Source: Lingula anatina
Lineage: Eukaryota > Animalia > Brachiopoda
Length of the DNA: 64,000 bases
Assembly (NCBI GenBank): GCA_051362555.1
Contig: CM120646.1
Span: forward strand, 18,290,001-18,354,000
Direction of reading: 5' to 3'
Position numbers and translations under genes: made by a program
Shown here: in pieces, positions 52,017 to 64,000 of the stretch
Layout of the letters: each line of letters begins with the position of its first letter
Numbering within the stretch: position 1 is the first letter of the stretch
Notes under the pieces: generated by a model
Told to the model about the DNA's origin: nothing
The model's input: only the letters and a program-made list of their open reading frames with translations
Databases searched by the model: none

Positions 52017-54513
52017 GCTCAGAAAACAGCATGCTGTCTCCTCCTCAAGCCTAATCAGAAGTCAAGATACATAAAATGGGTGTTGTTGGACATGGATATT
52101 ACATAGCATACTTCTGGCAGTGAAAAAGGTAGAAAGACACCAAAATTATGTACTTAAATTTTCTGTGACAGGAGGCTGGTTATGTCAAGCTTAGGCGTCA
52201 AGTGTCTGCTGGTACACGACATGCAGTGGTAGAAATATACTAAATACCTGGTATTTAAACTGGGTGTTGTCAATGCAAAAATATATATGATATCATGGAA
52301 AACCATACAGTTACCTGTGGTGAATACTCAACAATGAACTGACTTACTTCCCTAGCATGCACTTTTCCATAACAAAAATTAAAGATAAATGGGAATGATT
52401 TTGACATATTGTGAGGCGGGGGATGACACATCTATTTTCAATACAAAATAGATGGATTAACATTGAAAATCCTATCTATGTACATATTTCATAACAAATT
52501 CTAAACAAAGGGAGAAAAGAAGACAAAAATGACTGAATATCCATATATGCCTACCTAGAGTTGGCAACCCCGCTTGCCCTTCTGTCACCGTTTTCTATTA
52601 TTTTGCTACTCTCTCACGAGACTGTGCAGTGAATAAAACATCCTTTCCCACAATAAAACACACTGTCATCTCCTCAGCCCATAAATAACTGAGGTAAAGA
52701 CAAACAGGAACTGGAAGTAGAAATTTATCTATCTAGAAAGTCCATGATCACTTTATCTATCAGATGATCTATGGGTGTCTGTTGCTAACGGCCATTTTGC
52801 TGTCGTCCATCACTCTTCTGTCTCCATAGCTAAAATGGAATTCTATCAAAGCAAAACAAAAGAGGAAAACATTCACTGGCTAGATATATTTAAATAAATA
52901 CTTAATGCAAATATCACAATATTTTTCCAATTTATTTTTCCATAAAACATATTATACATGTATATAACCCAATCCAGACATGCATTTTAAGTTAACTTGA
53001 CTATTCCCTGACTATTAGCTTCCAAGCCATTTCTATAACTAACTTTTAATATTTCCTCCACAGCATGAATATAATTTCCATTTCACATTTATTTCAGACA
53101 CAGACATGATTTCAATTAAACTCTCAGTATGTGGCAATACAATATAAAGGCCAAGGGTAGAAACAAGATAATATGGAGGGGGGGGGGGGGGAGTCAATTA
53201 CAAAAACTGTTATTTGGTTGTCAAATATCCCACATAGTGTATACTTTCTAAAATTTGCATTTTTTTTGTACCTAAGTTTTCAGCATCAGAGAAAATACAA
53301 TCATGTTACCCCCCCCATGCATGTGTGTTTTTATACATTTTATGTATATTAGTCTGTTAAGCATGCAGATGCACAAGCACATGTAAGACAGACTTCCATA
53401 CAATCATCCACAATAATAAATTTCTAAAATCTCACAGCATGCTATCTGCCATGTCATTTTGGAGAAAACCACAAATGTTTTGTTTTTTTAAAAGAAACAT
53501 GGATTTTCTGCAATTCCTTGGGTTAAGGTATTGGCTTACAATGGCTTACTATCACATGTTCATTATATATCCATTATATACGTACCAAAGTAGGTTCCTG
53601 AATGACAGAATGCAATCAATATTAACTCTAAAAAACATCAAAAATGAATTTAGTGGAACCTGTTTTGAATGTACATTAATGCAACATAGATGGGCCCAAA
53701 AGCCCTGGGGGTCTTTCCTATCATGCCATATGTACATATAGTATGATGGAAGTAAGGGACCTACATTGTAAACCATAGGGATTCTTTGTCGAAATATATG
53801 AAAATTAGAACATTTCATGAAACATATAAAAGGGTTACCACATATTACTTTCTATAAAAATGAATAATGGCTATAGGAAATAAAGCAATTGATAAAGGGG
53901 GATGATGGTTAGTTTTAGTTACTCTCCCCCCCCCCCCCCCTCGCCTACATTTTCCACCCTGAGCAGACAAAAGAAAATGTTTCCTGAATGTTTCTGAATG
54001 GGAAGCATGCCATAAAATAAGCCAATATATTTTTCAAAAGAAAAAAAATAGCCTACAAACATATGTTAAACTATCTGTGCATGACCAAAACCATCAGCTA
54101 TAGAGCCCAAAAGGAATATGTTCATGGAACAAGGCCACCAACATCAAAACTACTTTTCCCAGTAGTGCACACATCATCAGTGTTTAGATGCAAGGTCATT
54201 TACTGATGCCACTTATAGAAACCTGGTCTCTTAAGTGATTTCACCAAATGGACCTCATAATGTCCAACTAATGTGCTACAGATCTGGAGCTCTAATTTCT
54301 CTATAATCTCATGTCACATTTACACTGGCAAAAAAATGGTGCAACCTCGTTTGATTCTTCAGCTGATCCATTTCTTTATATATATGTTGATTTCCTATTC
54401 ATTGGATTAAAGAAGACATTTGTTTGGTATCAAATTTTTACCTTACATTTATACCTGTTGAATACCAACTACTCCCAGGTAATTTAATCATTGGGCATTT
54501 ACGGTTGGTGCCA

Positions 54514-54714
54514 ATGTGATGTTGATGTTGATGTTGATGTGATGTGATGTGATGTGATGTGATGTGATGTTGATGTGATGTGATGTGATGTGATGTGGAT
54601 GTGATGTGATGTGATGTGATGTGATGTTGATGTTGATGTGATGTGATGTGATATGATGTGATGTGATGTGATGTGATGTGATGTGATATGATGTGATGTG
54701 ATGTGATGTGATGT
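54514..54714. repeat. (GATGT)n pentanucleotide microsatellite with GATGTT variants
   Basis: Direct reading; explains the HITSH ORFs. Confidence 0.98.
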
Positions 54715-54878
54715 ACCAGTTCCAGAGTTCGTTACAAACATGATTCTCACAAGCATCATTCTCAGGATGGAACTTGGGGTACCAATTCCAGAGTTTATTG
54801 CAAACGCCATTTATGTAATGGAACTCAGGGTACCAGTTCCAGAGTTCACTGCAAACAATTATTGGGATGGAACTCAAG
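54713..54878. repeat. short diverged minisatellite (~50-65-bp unit, ~3 copies)
   Basis: GTACCA(G/A)TTCCAGAGTT...CAAAC and ATGGAACT each recur three times. Confidence 0.8.
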
Positions 54879-55586
54879 ATATTAATTTGACTTGTATTCA
54901 AATGTCAAAATGATAAGAAAAATTAAAAGCATTTCACAAAGTTTAAAGTACCAGAAATGTTTAATATGTATATGCAAATCCCCACCTTAGGCTGCAGTTA
55001 CTTAGGAATACCAAAACCTTTATCCAATTGTATCTATTATTATTGTAAGCAATGAATAAAAACATTCCCCTCCACATCTCTGAGGCAAAGAACATTTTGT
55101 CCAAAATAACTCTTTTTGATTCCTGTTCACAATTTAAACCTGACCAGAAAGCTCTTTTATTAGAACCAGGAACTTTTGTCATGTCCAACAAATTTATTTT
55201 ACAATAGATCTATCCTTAATGTAATAATTTAACAAAATATAATTAAATAATAATAATTCTATAATAGATCAAGCATAACAGTAATGCACACCGACCTCCC
55301 CGTCGTTCTCAAAATAAAATGTGCATACATTTTTTATCTGGCCACAGTGTTTCTCTAAGCTCTGTGTGTGTGTTATATCTAGCTGAGATATCCCTACCTG
55401 GTGTTGGGGAGTTATCAGGTGTGTAAGTGCAGGCACGGGGAGCACACATATGGGTTCACAGACATTTTAACAAGGAGAGATAAGATCACGTCAATCAGTG
55501 TGATGTATTTACACCTGGGATTGAGGCTGACATTAGGATGTTATATTACATCTGTTATATTACATCTGTGGTCACTTGAGTTTATT

Positions 55587-55614
55587 TGTCTGTCTGTCTG
55601 TCTGTCTGTCTGTC
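55587..55614. repeat. (TCTG)n microsatellite
   Basis: Direct reading; a second short run lies near 55705-55732. Confidence 0.9.
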
Positions 55615-58123
55615 AGTAGGTCTATCCATCTCTCCTACTATTAGATATGGAAAAGCATACAGAAGCATACAGAAGGTGGACAACCTGCCCATGTGGCATA
55701 TTCATCTGTCTGTTTGTCTGTCAGTCTGTCTGAAAGGAGCAGAAGAACCAATTATTTACATAATGATTCACCAGCAATGAAGATGACACACAAATCTTGA
55801 CACTTGGCAGCAAAAACCCATATGCCATTCTACCAGTCATGTTTAAAGAAAAAGGAATGAAGCAATCATTGTTTTTAATGATGCCATTGGCACTAATATT
55901 GTTAGAAATCGTCCTGTGATATTCCAAACAGCTCTTAAATTATAATGTTTAACACTGCCTTAAGAAATACTGTAAATGTTAAGTCCAGAGAGAAAAGTCA
56001 ATAGGAAAGCCTTCAAAGATATACCTGTGCATTCACACTGCCACTGAATATAAAGTGAATGAAAATCCAATAATATCAATCAAAACACTGATAAGATCAG
56101 ATAATGCATCAAGTGTCAAGGAGTAGTTAAAGATGGAATTTAATTGCAGGTGCAACCTAATGCATTGATGTCATATAGTGCAGAAGACAATTACAGATGA
56201 TGTACAAAATATGGTTCATTCACTCCCAAATATCTTGTCATGCAATGTTGTTTGCTGACTATAATACTATAACATTTACTTTAACCAATTCAAATGTTCG
56301 AGTTTTTTTAAGCAATAGATTATATCAATGATTATATAATACCTACGTAAGATCAAGGAAATTGGCTACCAACTATAGATACAAAATGTGAAAATATGTG
56401 GTTCTGGTATGGGTCTTTCCCATAAAGTTAAAGACACCTGTCTCTGCCTCCATCCCCCCCCCAATATGACCCCCCTCTCCTTTCCCCCCAAGGACATCTG
56501 TCTACCAGCTGTCTGTTATCTGTCTGTATGCACAAAACCAACCAGTTCATCTAATTCCAGAGTCACTGGACGGAAACCCAGGTGGGTAAGATCTAAGGTA
56601 AACAAATACCAGAACATTTTTTTACAACTAAAACCAACCCTGCTTCACATCTATCAAAATATTGCTGTAAAGGTAAGGATAAAATATTAGGAAGAATTTC
56701 ATAAGGGTGTCTTCTTTGATGTTCCAAAAATCATGTTTTTTCAGACACAGGTGCTTAGTGTAGCGTATGGAATGTGTTTTTCCCATTACCGTCTACAAAC
56801 ATCTACAAAGTGTGTTTACTGTATGATGGTTGTAAGGTTGCTGCATGACGTGGTTCGCAGAACAAAGGTTAAGAACCCGTTCAAAAAGAATTTTTTTCTA
56901 TATTGCATGTTTTGCCATGCATATTACTGAGAGAGAGAGAGAGAAAGGAGAGAAAAAGAAAAAGGGAGAGAAAAACATAATAAAATCATTAAAAAGGCAA
57001 ACAAAGCAATGCAACGAAAGATATATCAAATGTCAATAGCTTAAATACATAAATACTTTAGATGAAATACAATATATACGAATATATATAGACATATGTT
57101 GAAAAAAGATATTTAAAAATCTGCTCTTAGAGGTATATATGCACCATTCTTAAAGTGCAGATGTTCCGCAGATCACCCATTCCCACCAGTCAGCCACCAA
57201 GACAAAATTGGTTTAATTCAATTTTATCTCCTTTCAAACAACTTACAGGAAACACAAACAGTTCTGCGCACTTGGCTTAATATGGGGCCAATTGAGAAGA
57301 ATTCTTGAATCATCAGCTAATAATTATCACCAGTCCTCACGTCCCTTCCACAAACATTTATGAAATTGTGAAGACGAGTTAGGATGAGCATGCTGGGATC
57401 GAAGCACTAAATGTTATTTTCGATGGCTTCCCAGTGAAGTGCTTGAAACCATGCAATTACCTAGGTCTACCTTTTCGCATCGAAATTGGATTTAACTGAT
57501 CCACTGATCATTTTGCTATCTCACTGAGATGACATTTAAAGTCTGTTGATGTGCTTTTATCAGGACCTCTCATCTAATTGGATCATTTACATTATCCTGG
57601 CCACACTGTACGCTTCCTATTTCAAACATTTAAAAGCAAAGTTGTGCACCGATATTCTAAATAATATTTTACTAAATAAATTTTGTTGTGGGAGGGAATT
57701 AAACTGTTAGAATTCCTGTATTTAAGTCACAGGAACTCCTCTTTGAAGCAACATATTTTTTTACCAATAAAAAACTGCTTGTACAATGAAACATGCACCT
57801 AGACAAGCACTTGGAATAAAGAATTTCCACTTCGATTGAGTATCTCCATAGATATATATACAGACCATACCACATTAGCTACAGTCATGCTGTATAACAT
57901 TTGTTGTTTTTCCAAATAAATGTTTTGCAATAAATACTGGTACATCTATTATTTGTGTATTTATTTTTAAAATGCAAAAGCAGCTGTAATTTACCCAGGT
58001 CATCATTACAAATTATATTTATTTGACAACTTGGCAAAACATTTCATACATCAATATTCAACCAAGGTAAAAATGATTAAGATCTATTTCTCAAAAAAAA
58101 AAAAAAAAATTGACTGTGCTTAC

Positions 58124-58270
58124 CCAAAGCAGTATGCTAAATTCAAACTAGCTGATGCAGCAACTTTGCGTAACATTCATCACTTCCTGCAATGTGGATA
58201 TTCAGTTCGGAGGTTCGGCAACTTTAATAACTTCGAATTCTTCTCTTCAGTCTCTGATGCATTGGAGGCC
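58124..58270 (-). other. candidate non-coding/5'UTR exon (147 nt)
   Basis: Minus-strand acceptor gatttccctgtctttctag|GGCC and donor TTTGG|gtaagc; GAA-rich body with four CpGs; stops in all frames from the acceptor; one late ATG stays open to the donor. Confidence 0.5.
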
Positions 58271-60319
58271 CTAGAAAGACAGGGAAATCACTATCCATTT
58301 ATATGTGAACCAATGATGTTCAAACAGATAGGCTTTTATCAAGACTTGTTTCCACAAGTGTAAACCCTGCAAACTGAAAAATCATTTTAATGAAAATATG
58401 GCAAATTGTTAACCCGTGTACAACCCCTTTCTTGCCTTTTGGGATGCTAATCTCATCCACAAGTCATCAGTGCAATTTCAATTTTGATGAATTATGATAG
58501 AATATCTCAAATTCCCTAGGATCATGCATGGGCCCTAAGTGTACCTTGAAAATAATCATTATTTTCCACTTTGCAACATTATCAAAGTCTGGGTTGTGGC
58601 AATATTTTCTTCCAAAACTTTTCCAAAACAACAGCTTTTACCTCCAAGTTCCATGTCTAGAACTAGTGTAATTGCAATTGCTGTTTCAACCTCCCCCCCC
58701 CCCCCCCCAAAAAAAAAAAAAAATTAAACATGTTAGGTTGCATAACGGGAATTTTCCAAGGATTCTCCAAGGTATAAGAATAACTCATTAAGCAAACAAA
58801 AGGGCAGTGATATAGATATCAGAGCCAGATATATAACTGAATGACTGAAACAAAATATGCAAGCACATACTGTACATGATTTCTAATCTGTGCAGCCCAC
58901 TCATAAGATATGGGCTCAGATCTATTATCCCAGTTTAAAATTAACCAACTTAGGTTCATTCTTGTTTAAATTATCCAAACACCAAAATCCTCACTTCATC
59001 TGACTTGACCATTAACTTTGAAAGGTTTTATCATTTTTACAACCAAGTCTACAAGTCTACAACCAATCACACCAGTGACTTAAATCACAAACTCACAAAT
59101 GAAAGATTTATTCTAAATCAATCTTTTAAGAAATGGCAAATGGTAATGAATTATTTTTTGTGGAAATTTCTGACAACCATTTCCACCACATAGCAGCCCT
59201 TTATTTGGCCAGACAACAGGCTTGTACATTCCACCCCCTCCCATCCTCCCCCAACTCTTCATCTGCCATATATCCCATCAGCATAATCATTTTTGATGTA
59301 AGTATGTACCTGATATGATCTCTAATAACTTTCTAATAATGTATCATACATATATTCCTCACAGGGTGACCAGCACCACATATCCCATAATATCTCCTTA
59401 TCATCCAGCATCCACCAACATGCCTGGTAAGTGTTATGAAAATTTGGGCTCTGCAAATAAACTACTGCTGCCAGCTAAATTGCCAATTTTCCCAGAGAAT
59501 TTTTCACATGTGAAGGAATGGTGCAGTGTTGATTTTTGGATTTACCTGTAACCACAAATGTGTGTTCAAAATAATACTTTACTATCCTACTTTTGTTTCT
59601 CCTTAATAATGGATAAAAAAAGTACCATTTGCTCAAACAGAAAAAAAGCCAAATCTGAGGTTTTTCCTCCCAAAATATCAATATATTTGCAATGATTTGC
59701 AAACCACCAATTGGCCAATGCTAATAAAACAAACACCATTTAACAAAAAACTCTTTTTGGTGTACCACCCAGTTTTATCCTGAGAGAAAATAAACAGAGC
59801 ATCCCCAGCCACCACCTAGCTATTAGTCCCTGTATTGCCAGGTGTTACGTTATTGTTAATAACAAGGTAAACGATTGATCTTCACACTTCGCTCTATTTT
59901 GTTGGCAACATTGATAACTGATTCATCAGGAAACAAAGCAGCAGAAGCAGCAAGACATAACTACTCTGCGGTCACATTAGAATGCCCAGACCAGTGGTCA
60001 GGCACTGACCGCTACTTCCTGGAAACACTGAGACCAATCTTCACAAGGAAGCTGCCAGATCTCACGATAAAGTTTAACTGCCACTTAGCATTATGGCTGT
60101 CAATTTTAGAAACGAACTGAGACTACATCACAGTGTGTGTAATGTTATATTACTAAAGATATTACAAGTGCTTTATTGTCAAATTCAATGTTGGATATGA
60201 ATAGGGAATTGCAAAAAAGTGCTCTTGCACCAACACCAAACCAGAATAAATAGGTTTTAAGTCTTCTTGTAGAAAAATAGCCGTACACAATGAGTAAAAG
60301 ACACATAAGTGGTATTGAG

Positions 60320-60441
60320 GGATTTACCAAATGTTACTTTCAAAAATTAGACCTGGTGCAGAAAAACTAAAAAAAGTTAACAAAACTGACCTTTCATTTC
60401 ACAAATTAATCATTTACTTAGTATCAAATTCTGATTTAACT
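60320..60441 (+). repeat. ~122-bp direct repeat, copy 1
   Basis: GGATTTACCAAATGTTACTTTCAAAAA...TAGTATCAAATTCTGATTTAACT, repeated at 62452-62573 with few differences. Confidence 0.92.
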
Positions 60442-62451
60442 GTAAGATTGTAACAACTGTAAGACTGTAACAGAAATGGTCCAAATGTAAAACAGCAATT
60501 CTTTTTTTTTCCTTTTGTATTTACAACCATATTTCATAATACCAATAGCACACAGCTGATGCCTCCAGAGGCACCAAAAGATACAATTTCAGTATCATGC
60601 AAATACATCATTACCCCAAAAAGTCAAATTATTTCCCCTTAAACTTGCAAGGGAGACTAATGTATTTAACTTCATGATTTCCCAAAATGATTCTGCAACA
60701 CAAAGGTGTCTTCTGTGCACTGGTTCAAATAAATCATACCCTCTAAAATCTATATTCATTGAACATGTGTTCTGCTTGTTGATTTATCTCTACCAAGGGA
60801 AGAAACATGCATCATGGTGCCCTGGCATCTTATTCAAGAATTATTTCCCTCTTTTCAATAAAAAGTAAAAAGAAAGAAAAGAAAAGAAAAAAAAATGTGA
60901 TATCTATACTAAGTTTGTTGCATCGTGTTTCAAAACATAACATGCAAAGTGTTAATCATTCTGTTTGATGATGCATTAGAAATGTGCTAGAGGATACCTA
61001 TGTCACATTCTAACACAATCCCCCAGCATGCCTCTTACTACTGATTATTCTCATCATGAAATTCCACCTTAATTACTACTTAATTGCTGAGAATGCAGTA
61101 TTCATTTCACTGAAGAATTTTTCTACTTTAACATTGATTTGTGTCATAAGAATTTGAAACACTGAATTGTCCTTACATGTTAGAGAAGAACAACTAAACA
61201 CATCATTGCAAACTTGAAATCGCCATATATTAATGTAAACTATAATATGCCATTACCAAATTTCAACTGCAGAAAGAAGACTAATCATTACAGACAGTCC
61301 ATACTCCAGAGTATAGTTAGATTTTACTAACTTTCCTCGAACTGCCAATACTCTCGAGTATCTGAAAGACCTGCATGGCAGTATATATGGGTCACCAAAG
61401 CAGCCACAGAGTCTGTACACAGAACCAGGGGAGTCATTAGATGTTGATGAAACCATGGAAAACAAATGGGATAGATTTGTAAATGGATAGTTAGCAACAT
61501 CAGTAGACAACATATGTGCATTACCTATGGTAGCACCTTCTGTTTGCCGAGTCTTTCGAGTTCACTTCTGTCCCAGTGAAATTTGTTGCAAAGCTACTCT
61601 CTAGTCACTCTATTAATTCTAAGCTTCATTTATACATATAGTAACAAAAATTAATTAAGAAACAGGGTTATATTACGTATATATCCCTGGTCTGATACAA
61701 TATTTTTAATCACAAAAACTGAATACCATTAACTTAATTTAAAACTCAGTGATAAGCCCTATTTCAGTTTGAGACATTTTACAGCAATAGAAATAAATAG
61801 TTTCCAATACTGAACCAACCCCTGCAAAATCCTAAATCGGCCCTTGACTTCAAAATAAAATTACAGATACTAAACTTGGTTAAATTCAGTGTTTGTAAAA
61901 TATACTTATTATTGACATCAAAAACATAAATACTGGTCCAACTGGGTGAGTAACATTTCAGTGTTCACAACATGTAGTTCTTTTATAATTGCTTTTGAAA
62001 CATCTCAATCACAACAGAATGACACCAATCCAAAATCAATAAGATTAAAACAAATCAAGAGAAATTGATCAATCAGTAAAACTACATGAATCACATACGT
62101 CATTAAATTATTAATAACGTGTGTATTAAATCACTTAACCACAGGTTTTAGTTTTAAGCAAACTATACATATATTTATACTAATAGCATGCATCTTAACC
62201 TAATTAATCAAAATTTTCTTTTAATCCAATATAGGCAAATTGCCTACCAGTTGAACAAAGCTCTAGCAGCAACGTTGCACCTGATTATGCAGTCAACCAT
62301 ATTGTCTGGGGATTATGTTGTATAAGGCAACAACAAAAGCTAATTATTAAAGTAATTAGGAAGTTCATTATTTTTAAGTCTGATACATCAATCATCCAAT
62401 ATGAAACAATGGATATGTCGGTATTGACAAAAATATCTGTTATATTCTGAA

Positions 62452-62573
62452 GGATTTACCAAATGTTACTTTCAAAAACAAGACCTGGTGCAGAACAACA
62501 AAAAAAAGCTAACAAAACTGACCTTTGATTTCACAAATTAATCATTTACTTAGTATCAAATTCTGATTTAACT
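62452..62573 (+). repeat. ~122-bp direct repeat, copy 2
   Basis: Matches 60320-60441. Confidence 0.92.
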
Positions 62574-63377
62574 AAAACAGAAATGTTTTCTTTGAGGATC
62601 AAGGCCCAATAAAAGTCAATTTCATCTGTTGTTTCACTTTTTCACAGATTCTGCATATGCCAGAGAAAAAATGAAAATAAATAAACACCTTACATCATAT
62701 GGACCATGGTTCATTCAATTTGAAACCTATGAAACATCATTTATTGAAAATGCTGGATGAGAATATAGAATAACATATCAATCAGTCAACACCATAGTTT
62801 GTAACATGCTCCTACTTTTAACACACTGTGAAACTAATTTGTCAGCCAGACAAGACATACTGCTTACTCGGTGCTTGCTGGCCTGTTCTATGCCATTGCC
62901 TCCAATGAACAATACCCTAGCCTTGCCCGGTCACTCTAAGATGCAATGCAATTATCTAGTTTATGAAAATTGGAACAGACTGCCAAATGAGTGGCTAATT
63001 CAGTTTGGTCACAGCTGAGGTAAAGGTTTGCTGCATTCCTCTGGTCAGTCAGCCAGTACCAAACAGTAGCCTTGGTGGACAGAGGGCAATGAGGCAATCA
63101 AAAATGGTAATTTACTTGATAAATGTCCAATACAGCTACTGCCACTTATATTTAATTGGGTTTAATTGTCCTAGTTTTCAGACTGGCATAGTTGGCACTG
63201 GTGGGATGAAGTGTACTGGTCGGATGAAGTGTTAAATATTCACGACATCCTGTATGCACTTATTTGGGCATAATCTAATCAGTGACTGCTAGATGGATCC
63301 TGGACATTGTATGTTTCTGATGTTCCTAACTTGCCACTTCTGAGGTCAGTTTTATAAAAGTGAAAAGGCAACTTTTA

Positions 63378-63601
63378 CACCATATTCAGACACACATCAC
63401 ACTAGCTAGGCCGGTGCAACTCTGTCAGGGATACTTGCTAAAGTGCAATCAACTTAATTGTATGACAGCATCCTCGAGCAGCTATCGGGTAATTAACTAA
63501 CTTGGGCTGATTAAGCTGAGTCCAGTGATTGTTCTTTAGGGAGAATCCCCCTCATAGTTGGACCAACCCAACTAGTACAATATGTGAACCTAAATGTGCC
63601 C
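63378..63601. mobile_element. old fold-back MITE, Harbinger-like family B
   Basis: Arms ACTAG..CAACTCTGTCAGGGATACTTGCTAAAGTGCAATCA / TGATTGTTCTTTAGGGAGAATCCCCCTCATAGTTG..ACTAGT; right end GTGCCC|TAA, left flank TTA. Confidence 0.65.
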
Positions 63602-64000
63602 TAAGGCCAATTTCTAGTTCTCTTGACTACAGGCAGTAACGCACTAAAATAATGACTGTCAGTCTAAAATTACTTTTTTATAATATAAACCCATTTTGCA
63701 TCTTGCAACAACATAATTTTATTATAAATGTAGGGTGTAACAGCTGGCAAAAACACAATCAGATAAAAAATATAAATCCCTGCCCAAAAACTTCATTCAC
63801 AGACATCTTCCTGCTTTTTTCTCTTGCAAACAAGAAAAGTTCAATTCATCAATTCATCTTCCCGTTTTGTGCTGCTAGCTTGATTTACCTTGCAGACAAA
63901 ATGTGTCACACCTGTCTGGCAAAACCATCTAATCAAAATACAATAGCCTAAAAAACAATATAATACAGTTATGTCACTACATTTGATAATGTCTCCATTT

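Noticed and set aside
54488-54901. His/Ile/Thr/Ser-rich ORFs
   Set aside because: Translation of the (GATGT)n microsatellite
58031-58363. 110-aa plus-strand ORF
   Set aside because: Non-ATG start, runs through a poly-A tract, no recognisable domain; splice signals here favour the minus strand
61332-61361. 30-nt minus-strand micro-exon candidate encoding TREYWQFEE
   Set aside because: Short pyrimidine tract, non-consensus donor (gttagt) and no neighbouring coding exons to connect to

Overview
AT-rich, visibly CpG-poor eukaryotic (animal) non-coding DNA. It is probably from an invertebrate; this is an inference from the repeat types and abundant poly-G/C tracts, and the taxon cannot be fixed from sequence alone. 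No intact protein-coding gene, rRNA, tRNA or CRISPR array is supported; the supplied ORFs look like chance or microsatellite-derived frames. The window is dominated by non-autonomous DNA transposons. (1) A young ~3.3-kb Helentron-type (HINE/DINE-1-like) element at 30859-34170 carries a 146-bp x ~7 tandem array, a nested MITE with TAC..GTA ends and a 6-bp TSD (IS3EU-like), and an ~819-bp tandem duplication of its own 5' end. (2) A TTAA-flanked piggyBac deletion derivative at 43929-44959 still encodes a decayed transposase cysteine-rich C-terminus. (3) There is a TTAA-flanked Kolobok-like MITE, about nine old fold-back MITEs with PIF/Harbinger-like ends, and several other MITE relics and micro/minisatellites. 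A chain of minus-strand exon-like segments with good splice signals but stops in all frames, plus one candidate recursive splice site, suggests a long right-to-left transcription unit (multi-exon 5'UTR or lncRNA); this is unproven without RNA data. I found no defensible new enzymatic system. The most interesting items are TE architecture and possible TE-splicing or TE-regulation links. Coordinates were read by hand and may be off by a few bases.
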